From NCBI RefSeq assembly GCF_006345805.1, contig NC_043001.1, positions 40,176,001 to 40,240,000 on the forward strand: DNA of 64,000 bases, given 5' to 3'. The position numbers were made by a program, and so were the translations under genes. The DNA comes from Octopus sinensis (lineage: Eukaryota). This document shows positions 10,100 to 23,826 of the stretch, piece by piece. Numbering within the stretch: position 1 is the first letter of the stretch; the number at the start of each line of letters is the position of its first letter. The notes under the pieces were generated by a model, which saw only the letters and a program-made list of their open reading frames with translations, made no database searches and had not been told where the DNA came from.

Positions 10100-13000
10100 T
10101 TACAACAAAGATGTGTGAGAGACTTCGTGGTTAGGCTGGACTGTTGATCTTGTAGACATAGTTGACGTACTGTTAGGTGGTGGTGTAGAGGCAGCCGTTG
10201 GTCTGTTGGTCATGCGGTCTTGATACAGTAACGATGTAGGCTGGCATCTGGTGGAGAAAATGAGAGCAGAGATTGGCTGGTGTAAGATACATCATTGCTG
10301 GAGAGGAGTTGTGTGTGGTCAGTGGTGTGTGTCAAAGACTTAGAGCAGTCATGAACTGCCGTCTTGATAGAGAGTAATAAACTCCTAGGAGCTTGTGATT
10401 AATTTCCTGTGTAAGTAAAAATGAACGTGATTGGACTGCTGGAACAACAGGTTCATTTAATCATAATGTCATGTGACCTGCTGGAGCAAAAAGGGCTCTG
10501 GAGCTGATATCCCAGTATTGAAGCCTAGTTGAGTCAAAATGAAAAAACATCTCTCACATAATGACAGTGTAAATCACTTCTGCTAAAAGTACTTTCCCTC
10601 AAGACAACTATCGGTGAAGAAAATTTCTTAATATCAATTACAATAAGCTTCCTTAGTCACAACATCAGCTAAAGTATGTGTTTATTAACTGTTATAATAG
10701 TGACTGAAGACTTAATTGAAGGAAATACCCAAACTTCCAATTAAAATGTCATAAGCATAGAAAACAGGGTAACTTTACTAAATGTTGTTAGTTTGCGCTA
10801 CCCTATAGCATCAACAAAGCTTCACATGAAAACAGCAATGTCTTCATGCTCAGTGTCAACAATATATATTTTAATAATGCTAAAGAAATTTACTACAAAT
10901 TATATTCTATTTCAGTTTGAATGAAAACAGATAGTAACAGGTCTTGTTCATCTGTTACACACTGCTTCTTTGATAAGATCAATAAAGATTGATAAGATAC
11001 TGTTTAACATTAGTCAAAATGTTAACATCCTTTAATGGTTCATCATTGAAGGTGAAAGGAACTATAATTGTTAATTTTTCATACAATAATAAAGTTATGA
11101 AGCAGGATTTTGTAACCACACATTTTTCATATGACTTTAAACGATGTAGAAGGGACATTTTATATCAAGGTATATTTTTGTTTAATTGTTTAGCACTAAT
11201 AGTTGTCTACCCATTATGACAGGTTATGTAGCTAATGTGATATGTAGAAATATTGAGTATAGTAAGATAATAGCTGTTTGTATAGTATCTTTTCATTTAC
11301 AATTGGAAATTAAAAGAGAATTAAGTAACCTCAGGAGTTTTGGTATAATATAACCATGTGATTGGAATGTCATTAGGTGTATTTCATTTGTAGTTGGATA
11401 AAGAAGTAATGGGGAGTTGTTTAGAATGTGTGCAGATTTCAAAGTCCACTACAAAACAAATATTGACAAATATTTTCATATTTTACCAACTATTGACTCT
11501 ATATTTTGTAGAGTAAAGGGAACAAAGTTTTCAAAAATTGACCTAAAAATGCATATCAGCAAATTTCATTTTCTGAAAAAGAAAAAATGTGCTATTAGTA
11601 TATTTAATATTATATATCTAATGAACAATTTGCAGATAGGCTTTTAAAAGTTTCAATGGCCTGTTTCAATGGAGAATGCTTTAAATGATATTCAAGGTGT
11701 TTGAGTATAGTAAGGAAATATTTTATTAGTTGTGCATTTAGAAATGCAATTACAGCAAAAGAAAAAGTAAGTGTCATTCTTCATAAACTGAGTTCTGCTA
11801 ATTCTATTAAAATAAAAACTTTTTATATCATCAGTCAGCTGCACTTTGAAGGGAATGAATAAATCATCAATTGGTGTTATGCTATCAGAATCATTGATTG
11901 AAAGGATAAGTTTACTGAAATGGGTTTAGAATTCAGTATAACCAGAAAAATTTATTAGATTTACAAATGATTATAGATGATTTATTATGAATTTTACAGT
12001 CAGATTGAACCTTTAATAACTACAATAATTAAATTTTTTTTGGAAGAATGAGCAAAATGAGTCATTTTCACAGCTAAAATCATTATTTACAAAAACTCCT
12101 ATTAATCAACCAGTCTCAACAGAAAAATATTATATACTGACAGTAGTTGCATCCCAAAAATCAATAGTGGAAATGTTATCTCAAAAGGTCATTCTGTAGA
12201 ATTTATTAGTCATAGATTTAATAGAACTCAATAAAACTGATGTGATATTGATAAACCTATGCATTAACTTGATGCACTGAACAATTGGCACTCACATCTC
12301 TTTAATCATGGAATATCAACCTCTAAAACATCATTTTCTTCAAAGGACCTTGATATATCATAGAAATCTTCATAAAAGATTGTTCATTAGAGCTTAATTA
12401 TGTCACAGTATGATTTTGCAATAAAACAGGTAAATCAATAATGATGATACACATTTTAGATTTGACACAAATGCAAATAATTCAGAAATTTTTTTTTGCC
12501 CATTTCCTTAATAAATAGTGATAATTCATGTGAACATCTCAGACATGATTTTCTTGACTTTGTTAAAGATTATTTAAATTACAAGATACATAACAACATT
12601 AAACACATAATTTGAGCAACGTAACTTAGAAAAGAGATATTCGCATGAAAGACCATTCCTTAGTATTAAAAAGAATAAAATGAACTCTTTGTCTTAGGAC
12701 CACTCAAACAGACATTCTTAAGAACACAAAGAATACTCCCTAAATAGTAAAGAAAGTAAGAAGTTGTGGATGGTACTTTGATTTAATGTCTTCAACTGAA
12801 CAGTAAAAATCTTATTCAGAAAGCCAAACATTTCAATTTTCAGGAACACCAAGCTGGAAACACAACCTGTTAATAAAGATTGAAAAAGAATTCACATCGA
12901 TCAGTTATATGAAAAAGATATTGGAAAGATTTTCGTAATTGTTGGACTTCTTTTCAACAAGCTTTCTATTGTTCTAAATGATGTTTAGACAGTTAAGGAA

Positions 13001-13560
13001 AGATAAATTCATAGTATTTTTGATATTTGGTGGTCTAAACACTACTCTCTGAAAATGTTGCATATTTCTTACATATACCTTAACTTAATTGATTACAATG
13101 AATTAGAATTAACATATTGTCCCAAAATGAATGACATAGGAGAAAGACCAATTCAAAGAATAAAGCAAACATTTAAATATTAACATCCTGAAATTACTAA
13201 CATTGATTTATATTTGTGCCCAATACTTTACAATGACAGAACTACCGCCGGTGACTGTAAAATATCTTCAACTGGAAAATTAATCAGAAGAAATCTCTAA
13301 GGTGTTATAAACACTTATTTGAAATTAGCAAAACAGTTTCATATAAGCAAATGTTGATGACATCAATTATTGCTTCAAAGTAGATTGTTCATGGACACAG
13401 GACAACTAACAAAAAAGAAAAGCAAATCAATTTGTCTCAATTAGATAATTAGAACCATCGTTAACAGAAGTGGATGAAAATTTTTCAATCTCTGTAAGAG
13501 ACGACACTGATGCAAACAAATGCACAGGCATGACTGTGCAGTTAAGAAGCTTACTTTGAA
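10100..13560 (+). mobile_element. Heavily decayed Gypsy (Mag-like) LTR retrotransposon
   Basis: RT relic FRMCADFKVHYK...LPTIDSIF...FSKIDLK (11417-11600); protease-region relic LTSFNGSSLKVKG (~11030); RNase H and integrase-like remnants to ~13300; possible LTR with AATAAA at ~10100-10420. Many stops and frameshifts. Confidence 0.75.
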
Positions 13561-13576
13561 ACCATATGATTTTGTG

Positions 13577-14275
<699 letters not shown>

Positions 14276-14544
14276 AGATCAAACTCTCCCCATTCCATGT
14301 AACTTAACTTTGACAGATTGATTCCAAAATTCTTGAAGTATTTCCTTTTTTTTTTTGAGAATCGCTGATGATTGATGTGAGGATTTTGTTGTCTTCTTCA
14401 ATTAATAGCACCCATTAACTTATTTATCTAAATTCATTCCATTAGTCCATTTGAATTGTTTCCCGTATCTCATTATTATTTTTGATTATGAAAATTATAT
14501 TGTCAAAAATCATTCATTACTTTTTTCTATCACATGCTGAGTGG

Positions 14545-14820
14545 ATTTGGTAGACAGAAATTGAAAGAAGGCCGTTGAATATATATGTATATATATCTAT
14601 GTATGTGTGTGTTTGTCCTCCATCACCACTTGACAACTGGTGTCAGTGTGTTTACATCCCTATGACTTAGTGGTTCAGCAAAAAAGGACCAGTAGAATAA
14701 GTACTAGGCTTTAAAAAAAATAAATTCTGGGGTCGATTTGTTCAACTAAAACCCCACAAGGCAGTGCTCCAGCATGGCCAAAGTTAAATGACTGAAACAA
14801 GTAAAAGAATAAAAGAATGT
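14545..14820 (+). mobile_element. SINE family A, 5'-truncated
   Basis: gtggatttggtagacagaaattgaaagaag ... gactgaaacaagtaaaagaataaaag. Confidence 0.85.
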
Positions 14821-15109
14821 AAAAACCTTTGTCAAGTGGTGAATAAGACTGAGTAGACTATACAATGCTAAAAAGGTTTAATAGATTGAAATATGCCCAT
14901 AGTCATTCCTTAGCCACAAAATTTACTCCTGATCAGATAAATTGACTGAAAAGTCGATCCCCAATCTTGAAATTATCTCCCTTTTTCTTTGTAAATCATC
15001 AGCAATTGCAACTACTTCATTTCCAACTAAAATTGAAATTTCAATTCATTAAGAATATAACGGTGGTGCATCAGCATGGCTGCAGCTCTGAGCTGAAACT
15101 AGAGAGATA

Positions 15110-15156
<47 letters not shown>

Positions 15157-15208
15157 TACTAAATCCACCTTCTATTTCCTTTGTCAACTATATATATATA
15201 TATATATA

Positions 15209-15715
15209 TCATCATCATCATCATCATCGTTTAAAGTCCGTTTTCCGTGCTAGCATGGGTTGGACAGTTTGACCAGGGTCTGGGAAGCCAGGAGGCTGCA
15301 CCAGGCTCCAGTCTGATCTGGCAGTGTTTCTACAGCTGGATGCCCTTCCTAACACCAACCATTCCGTGAGTGTAGTGGGTGCTTTTTACGTACCACCGGC
15401 ACAGGTGTCAGGGGAAGCTTTTTATGTGCCACCGGCACAGAATCCAGTCAAGGTAGCGCTGGCATCAGCCACATTCGGATGGTGCTTTTTACGTGCCACT
15501 GGCACAGGTATCACAATTACAATTTCCATTTGATATTTATTTTGATGTTGATGTACTCGACCCAATAGGTCTCCTCAAGCACAGCAAGTTACCCTACGAT
15601 CCAAGGTAAGCACAGCAGGTTGTTCTGCAATCCAAGGTACTTTGGATGGGCTGGGGCTATGCAAAACTGGTGCAGGAAGCAGCCATGAACTCACATTATT
15701 TGTCGGGTCTTTGCA
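15209..15715 (-). mobile_element. RTE LINE 3' end (3' UTR with hairpin repeats, (GAT)n tail)
   Basis: (ATC)n, then gttttccgtgctagcatgggttggac, gctggatgcccttcctaac and repeated gtgccaccggcac units. Confidence 0.85.
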
Positions 15716-15841
15716 AATATATATATTTATATATATATAAATGTGTATGTGTGTTTGTGTGTGTGGTTATATTTATATAGTTGACAAAGGAAATGGAAGG
15801 TGGATTTAGTACAAATCTTTATTCAGTACAACAATCGTTCG

Positions 15842-16143
15842 ACCCATCCTGCATCTGTCCCATAGGGGTAGAATATTGTGCATCTGGTTACATTGCATCA
15901 ATCAGTGCAGTCTGTGTCACTTCAGGTGCTTGGTATAGAAAAATATCTCACTAGATATACTGAGATCTCCTTGGCATGTTAGATGTACTGAGATATCCTT
16001 GAACATGCCAATGAGATCTCAGAATATCTAGTGGGGTATTTTTTTACACCATGCACCTGAAAGTGACACAGCCTGTATTGGTTGATGCAATGAACCAGAT
16101 GCACAATATCCTACCCCTATGGGACAGATGCAGGATGGGTTAA
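15842..16143. mobile_element. Palindromic MITE (~139-bp arms, 21-nt loop), possibly piggyBac-type
   Basis: 15842-15980 pairs with 16002-16140. The right end is GGGT|TAA; the left end ttcg|accc could be a mutated TTAA. Confidence 0.8.
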
Positions 16144-16736
16144 AATTATCTTTCTCCTTTTCTAAACAAAACAAAAACAACATATCACTTTTTCCATCCT
16201 CAAAATGTAATGTGTTTATTTACAAACATGTTAATAGGTGTATAATAAGAGAAGAGGAGGGAGGGAGAAAAAGCTGTTTTCAAAACAATGACTGAATCAA
16301 GAATGACATCTTGAAGTGTAATTTAATTTCAACAAGTTGGGCACATACATACAATATAATTGTAAAGAAGCCTCTTTCTCTCTGTCTCTCTTTCACTTTA
16401 ATTTTTCTTTTTCCTTTTCTTTCTCTTTCTTATCCTTCTTCTTGTCTTTTTCTCTTTCTAAATTTCTCCCAAAAACAAAATTCACATCCTGAAATTTCAT
16501 TTATCCCAAAATACATGCTTTCCTCTGCTTTCCTGTCTCTTTGTCTTCCTCTCTCACTCCCTTTCCTCCCTTCCTTCCTTTTTCTCTTTTGTCTTTTCAA
16601 AACAGAAGGAATCAATATCCTGTTTTCCATTTGTATAAAAGGCTGAAGAAATTTTCTGTGCATATTTGAAGAGTCCTACTGAATGAATGAAAGTGCTGAT
16701 AAAGAATTATCAAAAATTCTGACTGCCTCCTTCTTC

Positions 16737-16785
<49 letters not shown>

Positions 16786-16789
16786 TGAA

Positions 16790-18478
16790 AAAGGAAAATA
16801 CACACATTTTATATAGTTTTAATATAATTTTTAATATATCGACTGGTTTCGCTTTCACTATTCATGATATTATGGTTTACTTATTTGAATATGTATTTTC
16901 TTAAAAAGAAATTTTTGTCCATGTTGTGTGTGATGATATTTACGAGTGAATGACTTCACATGTAGAAAAATAAGGGGAGGTAATTGGTTATCATTATTAT
17001 TGTTGTTGTGGGCAAGGGAGATAACTGTTCAGCTTTCGGTAAGGGAAGGGGGAATATATATGTACACACAAAAAAATGGTTTTGAAAAACTTGTTTAGTG
17101 AGGTGATTTATGTACAGTGATGTAATCATGAATTGAAATATGTAAAAAGATAGAAGTTGGTTATGCGTGCATATTAAGACGTGTTCTGTATTTTTCATTG
17201 AAAGAAATTTCTTTATTTAAAGTTTCTTGTAGAGAGATTGTGACTTTGCATTGGTAGAAGGGGAAAACTGTGAAATTTGGTTTGATGTTATCTGCACATT
17301 TTTCTATATGTTCCACTGAGAGGAATTTGTCTGTATTGCAGGAAACGGATTTGCTCTTTATGTAGAGTGGTTCTTCTTCTCAAGGTCATACTTGTCTGTC
17401 CAATATAATTGTGTCCGCAACCTGAGCAGGTTATTACATAAATTAGGTTCTTAGAGGCACAAGTGAAACTAGTTTTAATTGTGAACCTCTGTCCTTGTTT
17501 GAAAAGGAAATCCGAGCTTTCAAGTAAGTTGGGGCAGGTTCCACAGTTTGGGCGTCGACATTTTTTAACTGTTGGTTTTGTGGTTGTCTTGTAAAGCTTC
17601 GCATTTGTTAGTAGTCTCTTTAGCGATTTGTGTTGCTTTTTGCATTTGATGAGTTTGTGCATTTTCAGTATGTCGTTCATTTTTGGATCACTAGTTAGTA
17701 AAGGAAGATTTTGCACAATAGTGTTGAATGCCTCACTGTTTCTGGAGTTGTGTGTTGATATAAATAGTAGTGTTTTGAGATGAGGTGTGGTGTTATGTTT
17801 TGTTGTTCTTAGTGTTTTTATGTCAAACTTTTTGACACGTTTAATTCCCTTGTCTATAAGTGTGGGTGGATATTGTCTTTCAGTAAGCGTTGTTTTGAGA
17901 TCTTGAAGACAAAGGTCCCAAGTTGTTCTATCAGACACTATTGTGCAAATCCTTTTTGCCAAATTGAAAGGGATATTTATTCTGATATGTTTCGGGTGGC
18001 ATGAGCTAAAGAGTAGATATTGTTTTGAGTCAGTTGGTTTATAATAGATGTCAGTTATGATTTGATTGTTGACTTTTTTCCTCATGATGTCTAAAAATGG
18101 GAGCTGTTCTTTGTTATATTCCATTGTGAATTGAATGTCACAATTTATATCATTTAGTGTTGATTTGAAATCCAAAAGTTTGTCAATGTTCTCTTTCCAA
18201 ATGATAAAGCAGTCATCCAGGTATCTTTTCCAATTTTCTCTTATGTAAAGGTAAAATGGGTAACCATATTTCTGAAGTGATACTTCATATAAGGTGAATT
18301 CAAAATAACCCATTATTAGGTTCGCAAGGACAGGGGCTGCTTTCATTTCCATCACAATTCCACATTACTGATGATAGTATGTGTCATCAAATAGAAAATA
18401 ATTGTTCTGAAGTATAAATTTTAAAGATTCAATAATAAAGATCAGATCTATGCATTCCGATAGTATTTAGGACTACAC
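16790..18478 (-). mobile_element. Penelope-like retroelement (RT plus GIY-YIG endonuclease), 5'-truncated
   Basis: ORF 17288-18355 has RYLDDCFIIW, LPFLDI, YKPTDSKQYL, SCHP and LIYVITCSGCGHNYIGQT (GIY-YIG). Upstream YYHQ*CGIVM relic extends to ~18478; AT-rich 3' UTR to ~16790. Confidence 0.92.
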
Positions 18479-18600
18479 TGCACCTTCCAGTGGGTATTCA
18501 TCATCGCTAAACTGCCGACCCCTATCTTAGGAGCCGATTTCCTTCATCATGTCAGTCTCCTGGTAGATATCAAGCACAGAAGATTTGTTCAAGTCTTTCA
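18470..18600 (+). pseudogene. Gypsy protease-region fragment
   Basis: LHCTFQWVFIIAKLPTPILGADFLHHVSLLVDIKHRR matches the ILGADFL motif downstream of Gypsy proteases. Confidence 0.75.
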
Positions 18601-21600
18601 AGTGCGTACAAACTCTTCACCTACCCATCTTCTCAATTGAAATGTCCACAATAACAAATTAAAACAAATTGTTTTTTCTTATGGTTATGAACAATTGTCA
18701 CACATACATAACCCAAGTGACTCATCACTTGCATACAAGCGAAAGTAAAACAACATTTTGTATTAAAAAAAACATTTTTCTATATCAACATAAAACATTT
18801 TTTTATGAACATCGTTCTACTAATTGACCTGACTGAACATTTCACCAACAAACTTTTTGCATGAAGATTTTCCTTTTTTTGTAAAATTACATTTTCTTGC
18901 ATACACTATGCTTTGCTCTATTTTTAAAATGTTTTGCTCTCTACATCACACCTGTATGCTTTCACACACTTGCACCACTCATATTTTCATGTGTGCTATC
19001 ACTTGCTCTCCACACCACTGAAAGACAACTTATCTCTACTAGACGTCAAGTGGGTCGTGTAATCAACAGAGTTGCATATCTCTTTCAACGCACCAGCATA
19101 TTACATTTATGCTTCTGCCTAGGCATATACACATTGCCCAACATATATTGCACACACCAACTCCAAACGTTAATTTTTCTGCTTTCTTTCACTTCCCATG
19201 TTTTTGACATGTATTCATTTGTTCATAAATGACACTGTATCCATTTTTCTGCATTACACACCAAATCACACATTTTCAATAAGATATACATCTGTATCAT
19301 TCAATTTCTTTGGCTTTCTCACTAGATGTGGGGTGGTATAAAAACTAACATTTCCTTTTTCGAGCTGAGATTCGAAACCAAATCTAAGGATTCTCACTTG
19401 TCTGACTACCATTAGCCAAACAGGCACAAAAGAAATTTCTTTGTCCTGTCAAAAAGTGATGGATGGATTTCCCTTCAGCCTCCGATCTGAGCTGTGTCAT
19501 TGAAGGTTCAAGTGGACAGGAGGTGACCCACATAGGTAGAAATTTCTCCTGTGGTATGTCTGTCCTTCTAGCTGGCATGACCATTATAAATACAGTCAGA
19601 CACATGACAGATAGACAGACAGCCATCAACAGGCAAACGATCAAGAGATAGCAGACAATAGAGAGCCACATATTCAGCTTGAACGACCTAACACAGTAGC
19701 AGTCACAGAAGATAAACAGACACAACCGAATGACCAACGTGCGCACACACACACACATACATACAAAACATGCCCAGTTCTACTTAGTCCCATTGACACA
19801 GTATTTTTCCCTAAGTTTTTACTTTGCCAACTTGAAGCAAGTTGGTAATGCCATGTAGTGGATTTCCTTGTGTATACAACACGTAAATGCAAGAGTTGAT
19901 TAAATAAATGATTTAAACCACAATCCAATGCTTTCCCATTGTTTTACTTTGATGTCATCCACATGCCTATTTCATCTGCTACCTCAACATCTTTTGCTAC
20001 ACATCCCGCTACACCCCTAGTCCATTTCCCCTGTCATCATTTCAGGAGCAACACAATAAGCATTAGTAATACACTGTAGTCATTTCAATTAACTTTTCCT
20101 CTCCTCTACCAATTTGTGGACCTGTATCAATGCAAGAAATCAATAATATTTCTTGATACTACATTACCAGCTTAAAAATCACTTAAATTGTAAAATAGGT
20201 GCTATTTTCATAAAATCTATTTTTTTTCCCACACCTACTTAAATCCAGATATTGCAAATAACTGTCTACATAGTTAGAAAAAAGTATCGAGTCAAACAAA
20301 TTATAATATTAGACAAACATATATTATGATTCATAGGAGACTTCACTACCATTGAGGAATGTAATAATAGAATGTTAACTGTGTTTTTGTTTATGTGTAA
20401 CACATAAAGCTAGTCAACGATAATTCTTTCAGTAATTTTTATCAGGGATTAATTATATTGTGTTGAGTCAAAAGTTTTGCAATATTTTGGTCGCTTATTT
20501 ATTTTATTCAACAAGTTACAACAAAAGTAGCGTAGCATTCAAAGTAGAAGCCATCACATTGCACTGTCTGAAGCTATCTTTCTGTCAGTTCTTTGATATC
20601 ACACTGAGACTAGTTCTCTCAATAATTAATATGAGTTATAAAATAAGGAAACAAAATTTATATTACAAAATATCCTTGCACAAAGGGAAAATATGAATTG
20701 TTAATTGGAAAAATGTATTTTGTCAGCCTTCAAAACATTGAGAGATATCAGCATGTATTTTTATTACACAAATCAGTGACATGCTCATTTCAGAAGATGA
20801 AACATTTTGTGGACAGTAGTGTCAAATATAAAAGGAGTTACCTTTATGGGACTTATCAAGTTTGATGATGAATTTGATAGAAACATGAACAACAATTGTG
20901 AATTTGAAACTTGTTTTTCACCTCAAATTTGATATCTTTTCATTTCAGAGTTATTGCTTTATGAAATTTCAAATCGATTTTGATAGCTTCAAACTCACAA
21001 GGTGTCTATAGCAGAAGATCACTTTTCAAGCTTCCCGACTCTGAAATGAAATATTTTTTCATCAATTCCTCTCTGATTTGTTTGTACCACAGGTATCAGA
21101 ATTTTTCAATCACCTTCAGACATTGTCAATAACAATGTAAGAGCAATGCTTTTGACACTTTAATGACACCTTCTACAAAAGAGGTTCCAGAGCTCATTCA
21201 ACTTTTCATATTCCAGTTTCCTTTGACTGAGATACAGTATTATTATTAACAGCACAATTGCAAAAATAATTCAAGACTATAACTCTGTTTGGTAGAACAA
21301 ATCATAATGAATGTTGAAATATGTATATAAAGCTGTTGTTTGCAAAATGAGGAAAATCTGTATTCAGTTGACAGGACTGAGCTTTCAATTAGTGTTATGG
21401 TTATGTAAAAGGAATACAAAATGATAAATCAAGATTTTTGACATCTTTTGGGATCTGTCCAACTTCACAGACTGTGCAAATACTATCTCAACCAATGCTG
21501 TTCTTGATTTTTTTAAACAAAAAAAGTTACTAACAAATTTGATGGAGAAAGGGTCATTTATAATAGTATTGATTCCAAGTGATAATGAAAACAATATTTA

Positions 21601-22122
21601 CAAATTATCCAGTGAAGTTTCGAAACAGCCACAAATATATTGAAGTTTACTCCACATGATGATCTTGCAAAAAGAATGTGTTTTATTGATGTTGCAAGAT
21701 CTAAACAAGGCAATTGAGTTTTGCAATGGATCAAGAATCAAAGAACACATTTACATGAACATGTGAGTGAAGACAACAATGTTAAAGAAGACGAATTTCA
21801 TGTTGTGTGTGCGCGATTTGAATATAAAGGCACCTACCTTCTCTTCCTAGTGACGGAGACCCTCCAGTGGTAACTAGTCCTTCGACACAGCCCCAACCCG
21901 AACACTAACGATAGCAGCTGCTAGCCCAAAACCTTAGCGACGTCCTCACACGTCTTGTTACCTGCACGACCCACGTTGGAAAGGCCCAATTGACCGCTGC
22001 CTGCGCACGCCTGATGGCTTGCCCCCTTCCGGTTGCCCCAGCTTCCGGTCAACGCACCCAGCTGCTGACGTCATCCCACACGCCACCCTGATTCAAAGAT
22101 CACAATCTCTCCGCTCCATGTC

Positions 22123-22700
22123 CTAGTCCACCATCCAACCGGGAGAGCGCCTTGCTCGTCGAGATCTTCTCAAGCTGGGCTCCTCGTTCTCCCCCTCTCC
22201 AGAATCATCGTCCGTCGAAGCAACAATCCTGCGAAGATCCAAGATGTGTTGTGGTGTTCCATCTACGGATACGTTGTTTCTGGAATTGACCGCCGTCACC
22301 GTTCCTCTGTTCCATTGAGACGTACAGCACGCCTTTGGTGGCTTGACCCAGACCTCCTCCCCTATTTTCACGTGAACGGGTCCCTTCTCTTCCTTGTGAC
22401 CCTCCGACGCTTTGCTCGGGTGCCTCCATTCATATTTGAACACAGCTCTCTGTGGCACAGATTCCTCAGCTTGTCCAGATCGGGGAGACAAGTTGTACCA
22501 AAAAACTGCTTCAAGCAGCGAAATGTGCCCCCTTTCCGCTATGGCCTTGACTGTCCGATGGTGCCTCTCCACGATCCCGTTACCGCTCGGCCTATACGCT
22601 GCTCTGAACAAGCGTCGCACATTCCACCGATCAAGCATAACCCTCAATGCTTCCGAACGAAATGCCGCCCCGTTGTCCATCAGTAGTTCTTCCACGGGAC
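22123..22700 (-). pseudogene. Gypsy integrase core and C-terminus
   Basis: PVEELLMDNGAAFRS, AAYRPSGNGIVERHHRTVK, GEEVWVKPP (GPY/F-like), LRRSRRARRSPGWM. Confidence 0.92.
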
Positions 22701-23336
22701 AAGGACTCCTTCCTCGATCCACCTCTCCACCTCGTCTTCAAACTCGACCCTGGTGTGGCCTTTCAGGGTATGCTGGTAACAGCTCACCCTGTTTTCCAGC
22801 GTCGGGGGCTCGTCCTTCCATCGCCACTCTATCGTCCACCGCTGACCATCGAACGCCGCCTGAAAGTCTTTGTCCTCGATGGTGTAAGCGGCGCTCTGCT
22901 CTCTCTGGCGATCCTGACTCGCAGTGCATGATGCCCCCACGCTTCCGAACGTGACCTCATTTCCCACAACACTGACGCCACCAAGGCAGTTGATGGCATC
23001 CATCCCCATCACCACATCAACTCCATCTATCACGCGTTCGGCCACAATTGCCTGCAGCCTTAGCGTTGCGCCGTGCACCACTATCTCTACCTTGCTGCTG
23101 CCTCTGCAACGGATTTCGCTGCCGTCGACCGCCCGGACACTACTCACCCCGTTCCATTCCTTCGTCACCCTCGAAGTCACCAGGGTGGTCGTACAGCCCG
23201 TATCCACAAGGACCTTGAACGTCTCCCCCTCGGCCTCCATGTCAATCAATGGCAGCGTCTCCAATAGCGCCTCTACTCGTTTGCGGGGAAAGTTCAAGAG
23301 GCAGCAACTTCCCCGCGTTCGTTTCCCTGGTCGCAA
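22680..23336 (-). pseudogene. Gypsy aspartic protease plus RT N-terminus
   Basis: VLVDTGCT catalytic motif, VVMGMDAI, and EDEVERWIEEGVLVPWK at the deletion point. Confidence 0.9.
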
Positions 23337-23826
23337 TCACGGGCAATGTGCCCTGTGTGCCTGCATCGATAGCAAACGGGCCCCGGCTACGTACAGTCCT
23401 GCGCCATGTGCAGTCCCTGGCATCGTCAGGGAACCCATTCACAAACGCCAGCCGGGCTGCTCTCTCCAGCCCTTCTCCCGCAAACCCAGCCAGAGTCACT
23501 AACCTTCTAACTTCTGATGCATAGTCATCCACTTGGCCTCCTGTCCACCTGATTGCACCTAGCTTAGCAAAAGCTGTGTACTCGCATTCCGTGTAGGCAT
23601 CCCGCAAGCGTCGCTCTATGTTCTCCTCGCTGAGCCGTTCCTCTTCATCCATCTCTAGGTATAGCGTTAAGGCGCTCCCTTCTAAATACAGTGCCATAAG
23701 ACTCGCCACATCGCTTATACCTTGCAGTTTTGCCACCAGCCTGATTTTGCAAATCCAGGCCACTACATCGCCTTCGCCATTAAAAGGTCTGACGACATCG
23801 CTGGCGATCCTAATTTTTGCAGACAT
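23242..23826 (-). pseudogene. Gypsy gag (frameshifted; CCHC knuckle in alternate frame)
   Basis: DVVAWICKIRLVAKLQ...LYLEG...AFVNGFP; the alternate frame CYRCRHTGHIARDC (~23330-23375) is a CX2CX4HX4C knuckle. Confidence 0.85.

Noticed and set aside
16311-16663. Hydrophobic or charged ORFs here and at 49429-50011, 39605-39883
   Set aside because: They come from CT/GA-rich low-complexity tracts, with no protein motifs.
22246-23502. Long plus-strand ORFs (146-192 aa) overlapping the Gypsy
   Set aside because: Antisense shadows of GC-rich retroelement coding sequence.
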